Assembly: GCA_018648095.1 (NCBI GenBank)
Contig: JABGRV010000006.1
Location: 16,559 to 80,558 of the forward strand
From: an archaeon
Lineage (GTDB): Archaea; Nanobdellota; Nanobdellia; Pacearchaeales; GW2011-AR1
Direction: 5' to 3'
DNA: 64,000 bases
A model generated the notes under the pieces. The model had not been told where the DNA came from and searched no databases. It worked only from the letters and a program-made list of their open reading frames with translations. Below, piece by piece: positions 37,906 to 47,000 of the stretch (position 1 is its first letter; each line of letters opens with the position of its first letter). A program made the position numbers and the translations under genes.

Positions 37906-38757
37906 CTAGGAGAGTGATGACGTGATTGAGTCAATCAGCTTACTCAGATTTGCTGAAAGAATCTGGATGGCGAGGGAACGACCCCGGGCTTCAGAGGTCG
38001 AAAGTCCTTTGGACTCTTTCAGGAGGACAGCAATAGCGACCCTTTCGGGGAGCCCGGCTTTCAACATCGAATCCAGTTTCCTGCGCTGTTCCGTAACTCT
38101 CAGCTTGACGAGCTCCATTCGCGCGTCCTGCGTACCTTCCTTCACTTCGAGGGCCAGTTCGTGGAACACGCCAAGCAGACCGCCGATGGACTCGCGATTG
38201 TCTGCGAGAATGTCGATGACGATGTCCTTGAGGCCATTGACCTTTCCAAGATACGGTCCGATGTCCTGGACATAGGACTTGGCTATCGCGCCGGCGATGA
38301 ACATATTCACCTGCGTTTTGAGTGCCCGGATCGCTGTATCGTACTGCTCTCCAGCTTCGGAGATCTGATTCCGGCGCAGGGAAACCTGATCCATGTGATC
38401 TCCGACGAGAGCCACAATGGAACTTACCCTGCCGTGAACGTCCTCCGACAAGGAATCGGGTGAGCCGCCATTCTGGATAAGAAAATCGAGGTTCTCATAG
38501 GTCCGAACCGCATCCTGAATTTCGGAGAGCTCGAGAGCGGTTTGGATATTCCTTTGGACTGCCTCGAGATTGTCTGTCAGGGGGGAGAGTGTCTCCGCCT
38601 TCTCACTTTCAAGCTCGCCAATCTGCTTACGCGCTTCCCCCACCGCTACCTGGATGCTTTCCGGAAGATCCTCGGTGGGAACGTTTTCGAATTTGCCCAT
38701 CAACTCCGCGAGAAGTTTCCCGATTCGGGAGTTTTCGTCAACAGTTATAAAACTCAT
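37906..38757 (-). CDS. family C alpha-helical coiled-coil protein, paralog 2
   Basis: 283 aa. See 36993..37805. Confidence 0.5.
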   Translation of the reverse strand: MSFITVDENSRIGKLLAELMGKFENVPTEDLPESIQVAVGEARKQIGELESEKAETLSPLTDNLEAVQRNIQTALELSEIQDAVRTYENLDFLIQNGGSPDSLSEDVHGRVSSIVALVGDHMDQVSLRRNQISEAGEQYDTAIRALKTQVNMFIAGAIAKSYVQDIGPYLGKVNGLKDIVIDILADNRESIGGLLGVFHELALEVKEGTQDARMELVKLRVTEQRRKLDSMLKAGLPERVAIAVLLKESKGLSTSEARGRSLAIQILSANLSKLIDSITSSLS

Positions 38758-38852
38758 AATCTTTACCTTTATTCAACGTCTTGTTCGCAAAATCCCAGCT
38801 ACACTAGCCGAGAATATTTCATCATTTACTGCAAAAAACCTGCCAACCGCAA

Positions 38853-39338
38853 TCACTTCTTCAGGCACGGATCGGCCAACGTCATGCTGAACCAGCGGGA
38901 TTCATGCCACCTGAGTTTAGCTTTTGTAGCGTTCAGGTTCTGAGTCAACTGGAAGACGTCGTTACGAAGTTTTGCAAGGTGACTGATTTTCTTCGCCAGG
39001 AGAACATCGCTTTTCACTTCGGGCAGTCGAAGCAGGAACGTTCGCGAAAGATTCTCAAACCACCCCTTCTCCAGCGGATAGCTCTTGATGCAGGCTTCGA
39101 TATCTGCCTTGACATCTTCGTACTCGGCCCGCTTCGCCACGATATCGTCCTGAATCCTTTGGATATTAACACGGTGATCCAGAACATGGTAGGTACAAAC
39201 CCCGGTGGGGATCAGGAGGATTACCGAAACAATAATTGCCGCAGTTGTCCATCCCCAGAAATAGTTTGCGTCTCTTGTGCTTATGCCCGCAATGATCGCC
39301 ATAACGAACAGGAATGCTGGAATCAATAACCAAATCAT
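38853..39338 (-). CDS. family D N-terminal 2-TM plus cytoplasmic coiled-coil protein, paralog 1
   Basis: 161 aa. Conserved IVAK.AEY..V...A.I..YPLEKG.F..LSRT.LL..PE and W.S.WFSM.L..P. Confidence 0.5.
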   Translation of the reverse strand: MIWLLIPAFLFVMAIIAGISTRDANYFWGWTTAAIIVSVILLIPTGVCTYHVLDHRVNIQRIQDDIVAKRAEYEDVKADIEACIKSYPLEKGWFENLSRTFLLRLPEVKSDVLLAKKISHLAKLRNDVFQLTQNLNATKAKLRWHESRWFSMTLADPCLKK

Positions 39339-39426
39339 GGTTTTTTCCTTTCTGTCTTGTTTTTTTAAAGTCTCAGCTACACTAGCCGAGAATATTTCAT
39401 CATTTACTGCAACAACCTCGCAGGAA

Positions 39427-39912
39427 CTAGTCCTTTTCGGGATACGGCGAGATCAGCGACATGCTGAACCAGGCGGAGTGCCAGTCGAGACAGCCTTTGT
39501 TCTCATTCAGCTCCACATTAAGCTTGTAGATCTCGTCTTCGAGTTCTGCCATCTGTTTCAGCTTTGCTACAAGGAGAGAGTCTCCCCTTATCTCAGGCAT
39601 CTTGAGGAGCAATGTCCGCGAGAGACTCCCAAACAATCCCTTCTCCAGTGGATACTTCGCTATGCTGGCATCGGCGCAGTTCTCCACTTTCTTGTATTCG
39701 GCCTGTTTCGCCACGATGTTTCGCTGAATCGTCCGCATATTCACCTGGGCGTTATAGACCCTGAATGTAGCCGCGATAGTCGGAATCAGAAGGGCGATCA
39801 GGCCGATGACTCCCACTGCAACCAGTCCGGGAGTGTAATCTTTTTTCTGCCGGTTAGCAAAGTAGGCCCAAAACAGGGAAATTATGGGGATAAGGAACAA
39901 TGAATGGATCAT
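39427..39912 (-). CDS. family D 2-TM plus coiled-coil protein, paralog 2
   Basis: 161 aa. Same length and motifs as 38853..39338. Confidence 0.5.
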   Translation of the reverse strand: MIHSLFLIPIISLFWAYFANRQKKDYTPGLVAVGVIGLIALLIPTIAATFRVYNAQVNMRTIQRNIVAKQAEYKKVENCADASIAKYPLEKGLFGSLSRTLLLKMPEIRGDSLLVAKLKQMAELEDEIYKLNVELNENKGCLDWHSAWFSMSLISPYPEKD

Positions 39913-40066
39913 GATTTTTACCTTTCTTCAACGTCTTGTTAACAAAAGGCGGCGGGCTGGCTCACACCACACATTAAAGCACAATGCAAGCCAACAAACC
40001 CGCCACCATTATTACGAAATGTTATCCGCTACCAACAGCCCTGGGCGACCGAGTCCCTTCATCGCC

Positions 40067-41041
40067 TTACGACTTTTGCAAACGTCGGGATCGGAGTCGG
40101 CGCTTCAGCATGACCAGACCGCCGGAAGCCAGCAGGATCATCGTGGCGGGCTCGGGCGCGTGCTGAGATTCCATGGGCACCGCGGCCTTGAACGCTTCGA
40201 CATCTGAACCGGTGTAAAAGGCGGAGAAATCGATGTCCACCCTCATGCCGAGGACGTCATCGCCCCACCAATAGAGATCGCCGATGCCAAGGCCCGCGTA
40301 ATCGATCTTGCCATCTTCGAGCCGGAAGTCCATGCTGGCACGGATGTCGTCTGTGAGGATCCTTGTCCACTCATCGCTGTCCTGGTCGATTTGCACATAA
40401 TCATACTGGTGGTGCATCTCGATGCTGGCGCTGAGGTTGATGCCGCCCATGTTGTAGTAATAATTCGATCCGGGGGGCGTCGGCCAGTTGGCGATTTCAT
40501 CGGCGTCGCTAGTGAACAGGAACTGCATCTCGCCGGAGATCTGGAATCGAATACCTTCTTCTTCGTCATTCCAGTATTTGTCGTCATTCCGGTAGATGCG
40601 GAGTTCCGTGCTATACGGATAGACATACATCTTTTCGCCGAGATAGGTGAAACGGTCCTGGTTGAGGTAGAGGTTTGCATCTCCGCGCACCTGTTGAGGG
40701 TGGATATGCATATCCGAATACTCATTGCCGGCCATATCCGTCCACTTGGTGAGATGTTCCCACGCTTCCTCAACCTCGGTATTGACGTTGATGTCAAGGC
40801 CGTCGCTGTTGTACCCAATGTTTGTCTGCCGATCCGGGAGTTCGGGCAGTGTAATGCCGCCGCCGGAACCACCGCTTCCGCCACCAGTAGATGTCGGTTC
40901 TTCGATCGTCGGCGTGACGATCTCGACAGTCGGCGTAAAGGTCTCGGTCACCATAATCACACCGCCGTCCGCTACGTTGTTAATCATCCCGAAACCGCAG
41001 AAAATCACGGCTGCCAATACGATAGTTGCGATTGTCTTCAT
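40067..41041 (-). CDS. secreted Gly/Thr-linker protein with C-terminal PEP-CTERM sorting signal
   Basis: N-terminal signal peptide. The C-terminus is APEPATMILLASGGLVMLKRRLRSRRLQKS: a PEP motif, a hydrophobic helix and a basic cluster. Confidence 0.55.
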   Translation of the reverse strand: MKTIATIVLAAVIFCGFGMINNVADGGVIMVTETFTPTVEIVTPTIEEPTSTGGGSGGSGGGITLPELPDRQTNIGYNSDGLDINVNTEVEEAWEHLTKWTDMAGNEYSDMHIHPQQVRGDANLYLNQDRFTYLGEKMYVYPYSTELRIYRNDDKYWNDEEEGIRFQISGEMQFLFTSDADEIANWPTPPGSNYYYNMGGINLSASIEMHHQYDYVQIDQDSDEWTRILTDDIRASMDFRLEDGKIDYAGLGIGDLYWWGDDVLGMRVDIDFSAFYTGSDVEAFKAAVPMESQHAPEPATMILLASGGLVMLKRRLRSRRLQKS

Positions 41042-41194
41042 GAGTCTTTCCTTTTGTACGTCTTGTTTTGTACGTCCCGATTACATCTCAGGCTTCGGCA
41101 ACAAGCCAAAACCAATCCTTCAAGTCCCTCACAAACCTTTCGTCCACATCTTACTGCCACGTCTTCCTCAGCGTCTCCTTTCTCGCTAGAGGTT

Positions 41195-41377
41195 TTATTT
41201 CCACCCGAACTTGTCGACTTCGGCCTGATAGTCATCACCAGGGGTCAGGTCATCTTCTTCGTCTTCGAAGACTTCGAGATCTGAGTGATCGACCGCCGGA
41301 GGGGGGCCTTGCAGGATTCTCTCACCAATAAGGTGTTCTTCCCCGCCGGGCCGTCCTTTTGTTGTCATTGCAACCAT
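41195..41377 (-). CDS. 60-aa acidic small protein
   Basis: The only ORF in a ~500-bp gap. Co-directional. Low confidence. Confidence 0.2.
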   Translation of the reverse strand: MVAMTTKGRPGGEEHLIGERILQGPPPAVDHSDLEVFEDEEDDLTPGDDYQAEVDKFGWK

Positions 41378-41538
41378 TTTCTTTACCTCACATACGAGTT
41401 ACGGAATAGTCCTTTTCACAAATAAGCTCAGAATAAATTCACCTCTCCCAACTTTGGGAATACACTGTTAATGAAAGGTCCTGCCCAGATCTATCAAATC
41501 GAGCATCTGGGCAGAACCCACAAAACATTACGGACTCA

Positions 41539-42021
41539 TTAGGCATACTCTTGCTGCCCAGGGTCTTTCTTAAAGCCGATCCGAGGAACAAGTAACAGGA
41601 GCATAACGAAAACCGTAAAGAACCGGTAATTCATCTGCTCGATAGTCGTATAGTCGCTCAACTGAATGGCTTCATAGACACCATTCCATGCATCGCCGAT
41701 GACCATAACGACATGTTGGACGCCATAGACCACATCACCAACAATCACTCCAAGAGGATTATCTGCAAGAGTCTTCTTGAAGCCCTCTTCCATAATCGCC
41801 CGTTTGACGGTCACAGAAGTCTGCGCGAACGCGATAGTCATGAACGCGAAGAACAGGATCTGCTTCCCCTTTCCGTGGCGAATCAGACACATGGTCATAA
41901 AGTAGGCCAACATGCCAGAACCAACGGCGAGTAAAGCGTGATAGCTGTCGTGATCAAGCGCGATGCCAAGCGTAACGACAACAACGAAACCGATTATATG
42001 GCTAGCCTTGTAACTATTCAT
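41539..42021 (-). CDS. 4-TM membrane protein
   Basis: 160 aa with four hydrophobic segments and an SD-like gaaaggaaac upstream. Confidence 0.45.
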   Translation of the reverse strand: MNSYKASHIIGFVVVVTLGIALDHDSYHALLAVGSGMLAYFMTMCLIRHGKGKQILFFAFMTIAFAQTSVTVKRAIMEEGFKKTLADNPLGVIVGDVVYGVQHVVMVIGDAWNGVYEAIQLSDYTTIEQMNYRFFTVFVMLLLLVPRIGFKKDPGQQEYA

Positions 42022-42050
42022 GATAGTTTCCTTTCGTTAAATACCGCGAA

Positions 42051-42314
42051 TTAGTCACGGGCCGGACGACCGGATCCGCGGCTTTTTCTTCTTCTCTCGG
42101 AGTTATCACCGTAGGGGTCTGTGAGAGTTACTTCACTTCCATCCTTGGTTTTTCTCCAACCGAGATCCTTTGTGGCAGCCTGAGCCTTTCCAATTTTAAA
42201 ACTGTACTTGTACTCGAGCTCCTCGAACTTGCCACCACAGCCGCTAACCAACATCATCGAAATCGCGAATACGGCTACCATTACGAAACAGATTGTCTTG
42301 TTCATCTTGAGCAT
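42051..42314 (-). CDS. small lipoprotein (lipobox LVSGC)
   Basis: Signal peptide ending L-V-S-G-C, then a hydrophilic domain. Confidence 0.5.
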   Translation of the reverse strand: MLKMNKTICFVMVAVFAISMMLVSGCGGKFEELEYKYSFKIGKAQAATKDLGWRKTKDGSEVTLTDPYGDNSERRRKSRGSGRPARD

Positions 42315-42576
42315 TACAAATCTCCTTCCAGCGCTTGAGCAGCGCAGGATAAATTAGGAGCATCCATGCTCGTTTAGTCATCCATGTAAACAACAACACC
42401 CAGCGTCGTTGTACACAGTGACTGAGAGACTCCTCAACATCCTTATCTCTCAATCCCTCCAACAACAACTAACAATACGACTGTACGCATACATCAAACG
42501 TCCCAAGATTTAACGTTGTTCTCCTTTCGTCGCTCTCTGCGCGCCTAAACTTCAGGCACTTTTGTTTATCCGTCAG

Positions 42577-43305
42577 CTACTTCAAGCCATGGCGTTCTTT
42601 CCATAGCTTGAGAAACTCCCCTAAACCTTCCGCCGTCGCGAGTATTCTATCCACGGGACCTTCTTCCTTAATGAATTCTGAAGGATCAAGATCCTCAAGC
42701 CGACCACTCTCCATCGCTGCTGACAACTTATCGCCTAATTTGTCCATGTCGCCGAGCACCTGCCGAATATTCCACGGTGCACTGACAAACGACTCTATCG
42801 CTTCTTCGAAAGGCGTTTTGGCTCTCCCTTCAACAGAAACCCAGCACCGATGAATTCTGTCCAAATCTCCAGACTTCATGTTGCCGGGTTTAAAACCAGT
42901 GGCCTCAACCAACCAATACGTCTGCTCTCCCTCCGAGTCGGGCATTCTATCGGTTGTTCCGGGGGCAGCGATGCATGCACTGAAATTCCTTCCCTCCAGA
43001 GGATTCTCATCAGGTTCTTCTTGGTACGGCTTCCAGACTTCAACTGCAAATCGGACGAGAACTGCGCCCTCGAACCTTGTTTTGCTGGCCCTCAAAAGTA
43101 TGGTTCCATCTTCCTTTTCATCTCCCTCGTAAACTTGGAAAAGATCGAAGATGTTATCCAATGAGAAGCACACTTTGCTCTCCTTACCGTGTTTTTGTCC
43201 AAACCAGACCTTGCATTCGGCATCAGGGTCATATCCGTACTTAAGGTCAATTTCGATGATCTTCGCAGCCTTCTCTGATTTTTTATTCGTCTTTTTCACT
43301 TTCAT
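42577..43305 (-). CDS. family E soluble protein, paralog 1
   Basis: 242 aa. Lys-rich N-terminus, then ~K.W.G.K.G....F....I.D.F....Y..L.L.ASK..FEGA...R.A.E.. shared with 43352..44068. Confidence 0.5.
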   Translation of the reverse strand: MKVKKTNKKSEKAAKIIEIDLKYGYDPDAECKVWFGQKHGKESKVCFSLDNIFDLFQVYEGDEKEDGTILLRASKTRFEGAVLVRFAVEVWKPYQEEPDENPLEGRNFSACIAAPGTTDRMPDSEGEQTYWLVEATGFKPGNMKSGDLDRIHRCWVSVEGRAKTPFEEAIESFVSAPWNIRQVLGDMDKLGDKLSAAMESGRLEDLDPSEFIKEEGPVDRILATAEGLGEFLKLWKERHGLK

Positions 43306-43351
43306 TTCCTTTCTCTGCGCGCCTAAACTTCAGGCACTTTTGTTTGTTCGA

Positions 43352-44068
43352 CTATTCCCTGCCGTGGAGATCTTTCAGGGGCTTGACGAACTTTTCATAG
43401 ATGCGGGCGGCCGCTTCGAGTGTTTCCATCAGAGGGCCACCTTCTCGGATAATCGCTGCCAGATCGAGATCTTTGAGCTCGTAATCTCTCTTTGCCCAGT
43501 ACAATCTTTGCCCCGATTTGAGTAGCGATTCCAGGTTTCGTCGGATCGTGTCGGTATTCTCACTGAACACGTCAACCAGATCCTCGGCGGGCGTTTGGAC
43601 TTTCTTCTCCACCCGGAGGTAGATCGTGTGGATTACTCTCTCTCCGAGTTTTTGGTTGCCTGCGCGAAAACCGCCGACCCGAGACAACCAGCGCACATTG
43701 GCCCCGTATGTGTCGCGGTTCGGATCTTTCGTCCTCGAGGCAGTGATCTGTGTCCAATACTTTCTCACAGGGATAGTAGTTCTTGGCAGACCACCCATTG
43801 CGGACCGAACCTCTCCTTCCTCATAGGCTTCGATTGCGATCCTGATGGGGATTGCACCTTCGAAATCTTCTTTGCTGGCCGTCAGGTGCAGCTTTCCATA
43901 AGCCACCTTGATACCGAAGAAATCGGAGAGGTCCTTGTGTGAAATCTCCAGCGTGGACTTCCCATCGAACTTACTGCCGAACCAAGTCCCCATTTTCGTA
44001 TTGTAGTGGAGGGTCATCTCGGCGATTTTCGGCTTCTTCGTCTCGGGTTTTTTCATAGTCTTATTCAT
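43352..44068 (-). CDS. family E soluble protein, paralog 2
   Basis: 238 aa. Paralogous to 42577..43305. Both are preceded by the leader ctctgcgcgcctaa(ac)ttcaggcacttt. Confidence 0.5.
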   Translation of the reverse strand: MNKTMKKPETKKPKIAEMTLHYNTKMGTWFGSKFDGKSTLEISHKDLSDFFGIKVAYGKLHLTASKEDFEGAIPIRIAIEAYEEGEVRSAMGGLPRTTIPVRKYWTQITASRTKDPNRDTYGANVRWLSRVGGFRAGNQKLGERVIHTIYLRVEKKVQTPAEDLVDVFSENTDTIRRNLESLLKSGQRLYWAKRDYELKDLDLAAIIREGGPLMETLEAAARIYEKFVKPLKDLHGRE

Positions 44069-44124
44069 CTCTAATTTCCTTTCTCTGCGCGCCTAATCAG
44101 GCACTTTGTAAATTTCGACCAGGC

Positions 44125-44826
44125 TTAGGGGGTGTTCTCTGGAATTCTCACGATCTTGGCCGGTCTGAAATTGAATGCGCGGATATCGCCCATTACTTCA
44201 TTTGCCGCTTCATTCCAGGAGGGATAACCATTTCCCATCGGGAACCAGTCTGAGTGAGTAAAGATATAAATCTCAATCGACCAATTCCCGTCTTCTTCCC
44301 GCGAGATCCGGTAGCCGGGGTTATCATCGAGATAAACCGTCCATTCCTGATCACTCGAACCCCTCAGAAATACCACAATCACCTTCAGAGTCATTCGTCG
44401 AATGACGTAGGAGGAGATCAGGAGGACTATCCAGGCTGCTAGGAAGAAGTAAAGAATCCCGTTGTTATAACCCGAGATCAAGAAACAGGCTCCGACCAGG
44501 GTAACTAGAACAACATAACCTGCTAGGAGCCCCTTCCAGGGATAGAAGTTCCTTCTCAGGAAGCTAATCGGGAAAACCTCTCCGAGAACGGCGAATACCA
44601 GCACAAGGCTGCCAATACCTATGCCCCTCAGGAGCATATTCGGTCCGCCGTTCGCAGGTCCGATGGTCTCGGAAGGTTGCGTCTCTGCCTTAGCTTCAGC
44701 AGCTTGCTCTTTAGCCCATTGCCCAAGAGCATCCGCCTGACCGAAAGCAACGCCCCCAAAACAAACCAGCACCAACAAACAAATTGTCACGAATGTAATT
44801 CTCATGCGATGGTTCCTTTCTCCCAA
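44125..44826 (-). CDS. membrane protein (signal peptide plus ~4 TM)
   Basis: 233-aa ORF. Confidence 0.4.
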   Translation of the reverse strand: MGERNHRMRITFVTICLLVLVCFGGVAFGQADALGQWAKEQAAEAKAETQPSETIGPANGGPNMLLRGIGIGSLVLVFAVLGEVFPISFLRRNFYPWKGLLAGYVVLVTLVGACFLISGYNNGILYFFLAAWIVLLISSYVIRRMTLKVIVVFLRGSSDQEWTVYLDDNPGYRISREEDGNWSIEIYIFTHSDWFPMGNGYPSWNEAANEVMGDIRAFNFRPAKIVRIPENTP

Positions 44827-44830
44827 GCAA

Positions 44831-45118
44831 TCATGCCCGAGTTATTGATGTTCCTTCTGAATCGACTACGAGGGAGATGCCATAGAGGCCCCAAGCTATC
44901 ATCATCAAAAGGATGAAAATTACCCCTATCCTCTTGTCCGTCGCACTCATCCCTTCCTTAGGGGATTGGGTGGTGACTGATCTTTCTGCCTCTCCACTTC
45001 CAACAGTTGGTGAATCCTGGGAGTGGTTGATGGCGTTCAGGACAATACAGCTAACTAAAATCGCAATCATCATCAGTACCAATATTACTCCGACCTGGAC
45101 TTTTGTACGAGTAAGCAT
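44831..45118 (-). CDS. family F 2-TM small protein, copy 1
   Basis: 95 aa, about 75% identical to 47769..48056. Confidence 0.5.
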   Translation of the reverse strand: MLTRTKVQVGVILVLMMIAILVSCIVLNAINHSQDSPTVGSGEAERSVTTQSPKEGMSATDKRIGVIFILLMMIAWGLYGISLVVDSEGTSITRA

Positions 45119-45130
45119 AATAGGTTCCTT

Positions 45131-45430
45131 TCATGAACCTTTGGTTTCAGTTGGATCTTCTTCAGAGTCATACGTCGCTGTGCGAAGCTTGTTACCTGAA
45201 ATAATACATCTCCCCGCAAAAAGCATAATCGCAGCTCCAGAGAGGACAATGAACCAGGGGGGCGGAATTCCGGGACCGGGGGAGGCTCCTTGGAACAATA
45301 TTCCTTGGAACAATATTACCTCGTATGTGGCGATGGCCATCCCCGCAAGGACTCCCATGAGGCCGATAATCATGATCACAATTCCGTCGGTCCGGTATTT
45401 ACGTATACCTTTTTTCGTTTCTTTCATCAT
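45131..45430 (-). CDS. small 2-TM protein
   Basis: 99-aa ORF. Confidence 0.35.
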   Translation of the reverse strand: MMKETKKGIRKYRTDGIVIMIIGLMGVLAGMAIATYEVILFQGILFQGASPGPGIPPPWFIVLSGAAIMLFAGRCIISGNKLRTATYDSEEDPTETKGS

Positions 45431-45474
45431 CTCGAGTTTCCTTTCATGCGCCTTTCACCAGATGGCGATAGGCA

Positions 45475-46332
45475 CTAGTTGTTCGATTTAGGCTGCGTAG
45501 CCGCATCAGCCGGAGGATCAACAGGGTCCCAGGAGATCTTGTAATAGAATCTCCGATCTTTGTCGAGCGGGACCGGTTTCTCGAAGGGGAAAGATACAGC
45601 CTTCTTCTCGTCCTTCTCGAATTTCACCTGGACGGGGGACTTGGTGGCGTGAATGCCCGTAGTTCCATCCGTCTCGGTGTAGGTCAGTAAATTCCCTACG
45701 GCATCTGTGAACCTGCAGCTGATGAGATACTCTCCAGCCTTATTTGCCACGATCTGGGTGAAGAGGGTGTTGGGATCTTTCCAATCCAACTTTTCTTCAA
45801 AGACTTCCAGGTCGGGAATCTGAGGCGTAGGAGGCGTTATCACCGGTTTCGGCTTCGGTTTGATCGTTACCGGAGGCGTTATCACCGGTTTCGGCGGCTG
45901 AACGATCGGCGGGATGAAGGGTTTCGGCTGAACAATGGGCTCAACCTTCGCCGAATCACTGCCAGTGCTTCCACCTTCCCACGGTTTAACAATCCAGAGG
46001 CCGACTGTTATCCCTACAATCATTGTGACGAAGAGAAGAATTACCACCCACTTATTCCTCTTCGCCCTTTTAATCCGATCCTTTTTCCACTGCGGAACCT
46101 CTTTTTCCGGGGCCTGTTCAACGGGTGCCGGTTCGGGAGCAGGCTGGAAGGTTCCGGGAATCGGAATCTTGTTCTGGCACTTACGGCAAAAGGCGACCTT
46201 TCCCGCATTTTCATCCGTGACCCTGAATCTCGCACCACATTTATCACACTGAATCTTGATCATCTTTCTTTCCTTTCCCACGCTAATTGCGCGGAGTTGT
46301 GAGTTTAACATCTCTTTCCTTACCACCAACAC
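45475..46332 (-). CDS. zinc-ribbon (CxxC..CxxC) - TM - Pro-rich linker - extracytoplasmic domain protein (true start MIKIQCDKCG at 46263)
   Basis: The ATG at 46263 is preceded by GGGAAAGGAAAGAAAG. CDKCG..CRKC zinc ribbon, one TM, PxxP repeats. Confidence 0.45.
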   Translation of the reverse strand: MLVVRKEMLNSQLRAISVGKERKMIKIQCDKCGARFRVTDENAGKVAFCRKCQNKIPIPGTFQPAPEPAPVEQAPEKEVPQWKKDRIKRAKRNKWVVILLFVTMIVGITVGLWIVKPWEGGSTGSDSAKVEPIVQPKPFIPPIVQPPKPVITPPVTIKPKPKPVITPPTPQIPDLEVFEEKLDWKDPNTLFTQIVANKAGEYLISCRFTDAVGNLLTYTETDGTTGIHATKSPVQVKFEKDEKKAVSFPFEKPVPLDKDRRFYYKISWDPVDPPADAATQPKSNN

Positions 46333-46613
46333 TCATCAATGGGAAGGCATGTCTTTCGCGAGTTCAGCTTGTCTTGTTCTTCCTGGGGGAGCCGGCTAAC
46401 CCGATGTAATTCAATCAGGACAGCACTGGCAATCAGAACCCCACTAAAGATCAAGGCGCATTCCCCATGCCCAAACATCTTGAGACCGAGAAACACCTCA
46501 CTGAATCCAGAGAGAAGGAACGTGAGCCCCACTAAGAGAAACAAGTAAGAGGACGCCTTCAAGAAGGCATTCTCACTGAACAACTTAGACCAAAACGTTG
46601 CAGCCATGATCAT
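46320..46613 (-). CDS. small 2-TM membrane protein
   Basis: 97-aa ORF. Confidence 0.3.
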   Translation of the reverse strand: MIMAATFWSKLFSENAFLKASSYLFLLVGLTFLLSGFSEVFLGLKMFGHGECALIFSGVLIASAVLIELHRVSRLPQEEQDKLNSRKTCLPIDECWW

Positions 46614-46631
46614 CTCCTTTCACACTCGAAC

Positions 46632-47000
46632 TTAATCCGAGTGTTTGTTTGGTTTGAGGGACTTGAGGATCTTGCAAAAGACCAAGAAGGCAATGACTGC
46701 AAGACAGCCAATCACCACCATAAGAACTACAATGTTCTTTTTCCCCAGATCCCGCACACGATCTATTTCCAGGGGTCTTCCTGCTTCAGGATCTTCACCT
46801 TCCTGCACTTCTTTCTTGGGCGTTGTCGTTTCGTTTTCAGCAGGCTGCACAGCCGCTGCCTCCGTCTTGCCACTGTTCTCATTCTGCCCTTTCTCATCTC
46901 TCTGGAGATGTTTAACGATTGCGACCGCCGCCACACTCCCCAGAAGAAGCAGAACAATTGTGACTAATAGGCTGTTATCGACATGTCCTGTCCTTTTCAT
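46632..47000 (-). CDS. 2-TM membrane protein with acidic loop
   Basis: 122-aa ORF. Confidence 0.35.
   Translation of the reverse strand: MKRTGHVDNSLLVTIVLLLLGSVAAVAIVKHLQRDEKGQNENSGKTEAAAVQPAENETTTPKKEVQEGEDPEAGRPLEIDRVRDLGKKNIVVLMVVIGCLAVIAFLVFCKILKSLKPNKHSD

Noticed and set aside
40243-41284. Alternative-frame and antisense ORFs (40243..40884 minus, 40391..41284 plus) over the PEP-CTERM gene
   Set aside because: They overlap the 324-aa ORF, which has a clean signal peptide and sorting signal. Their compositions are low-complexity (Ser/Thr/Arg-rich).
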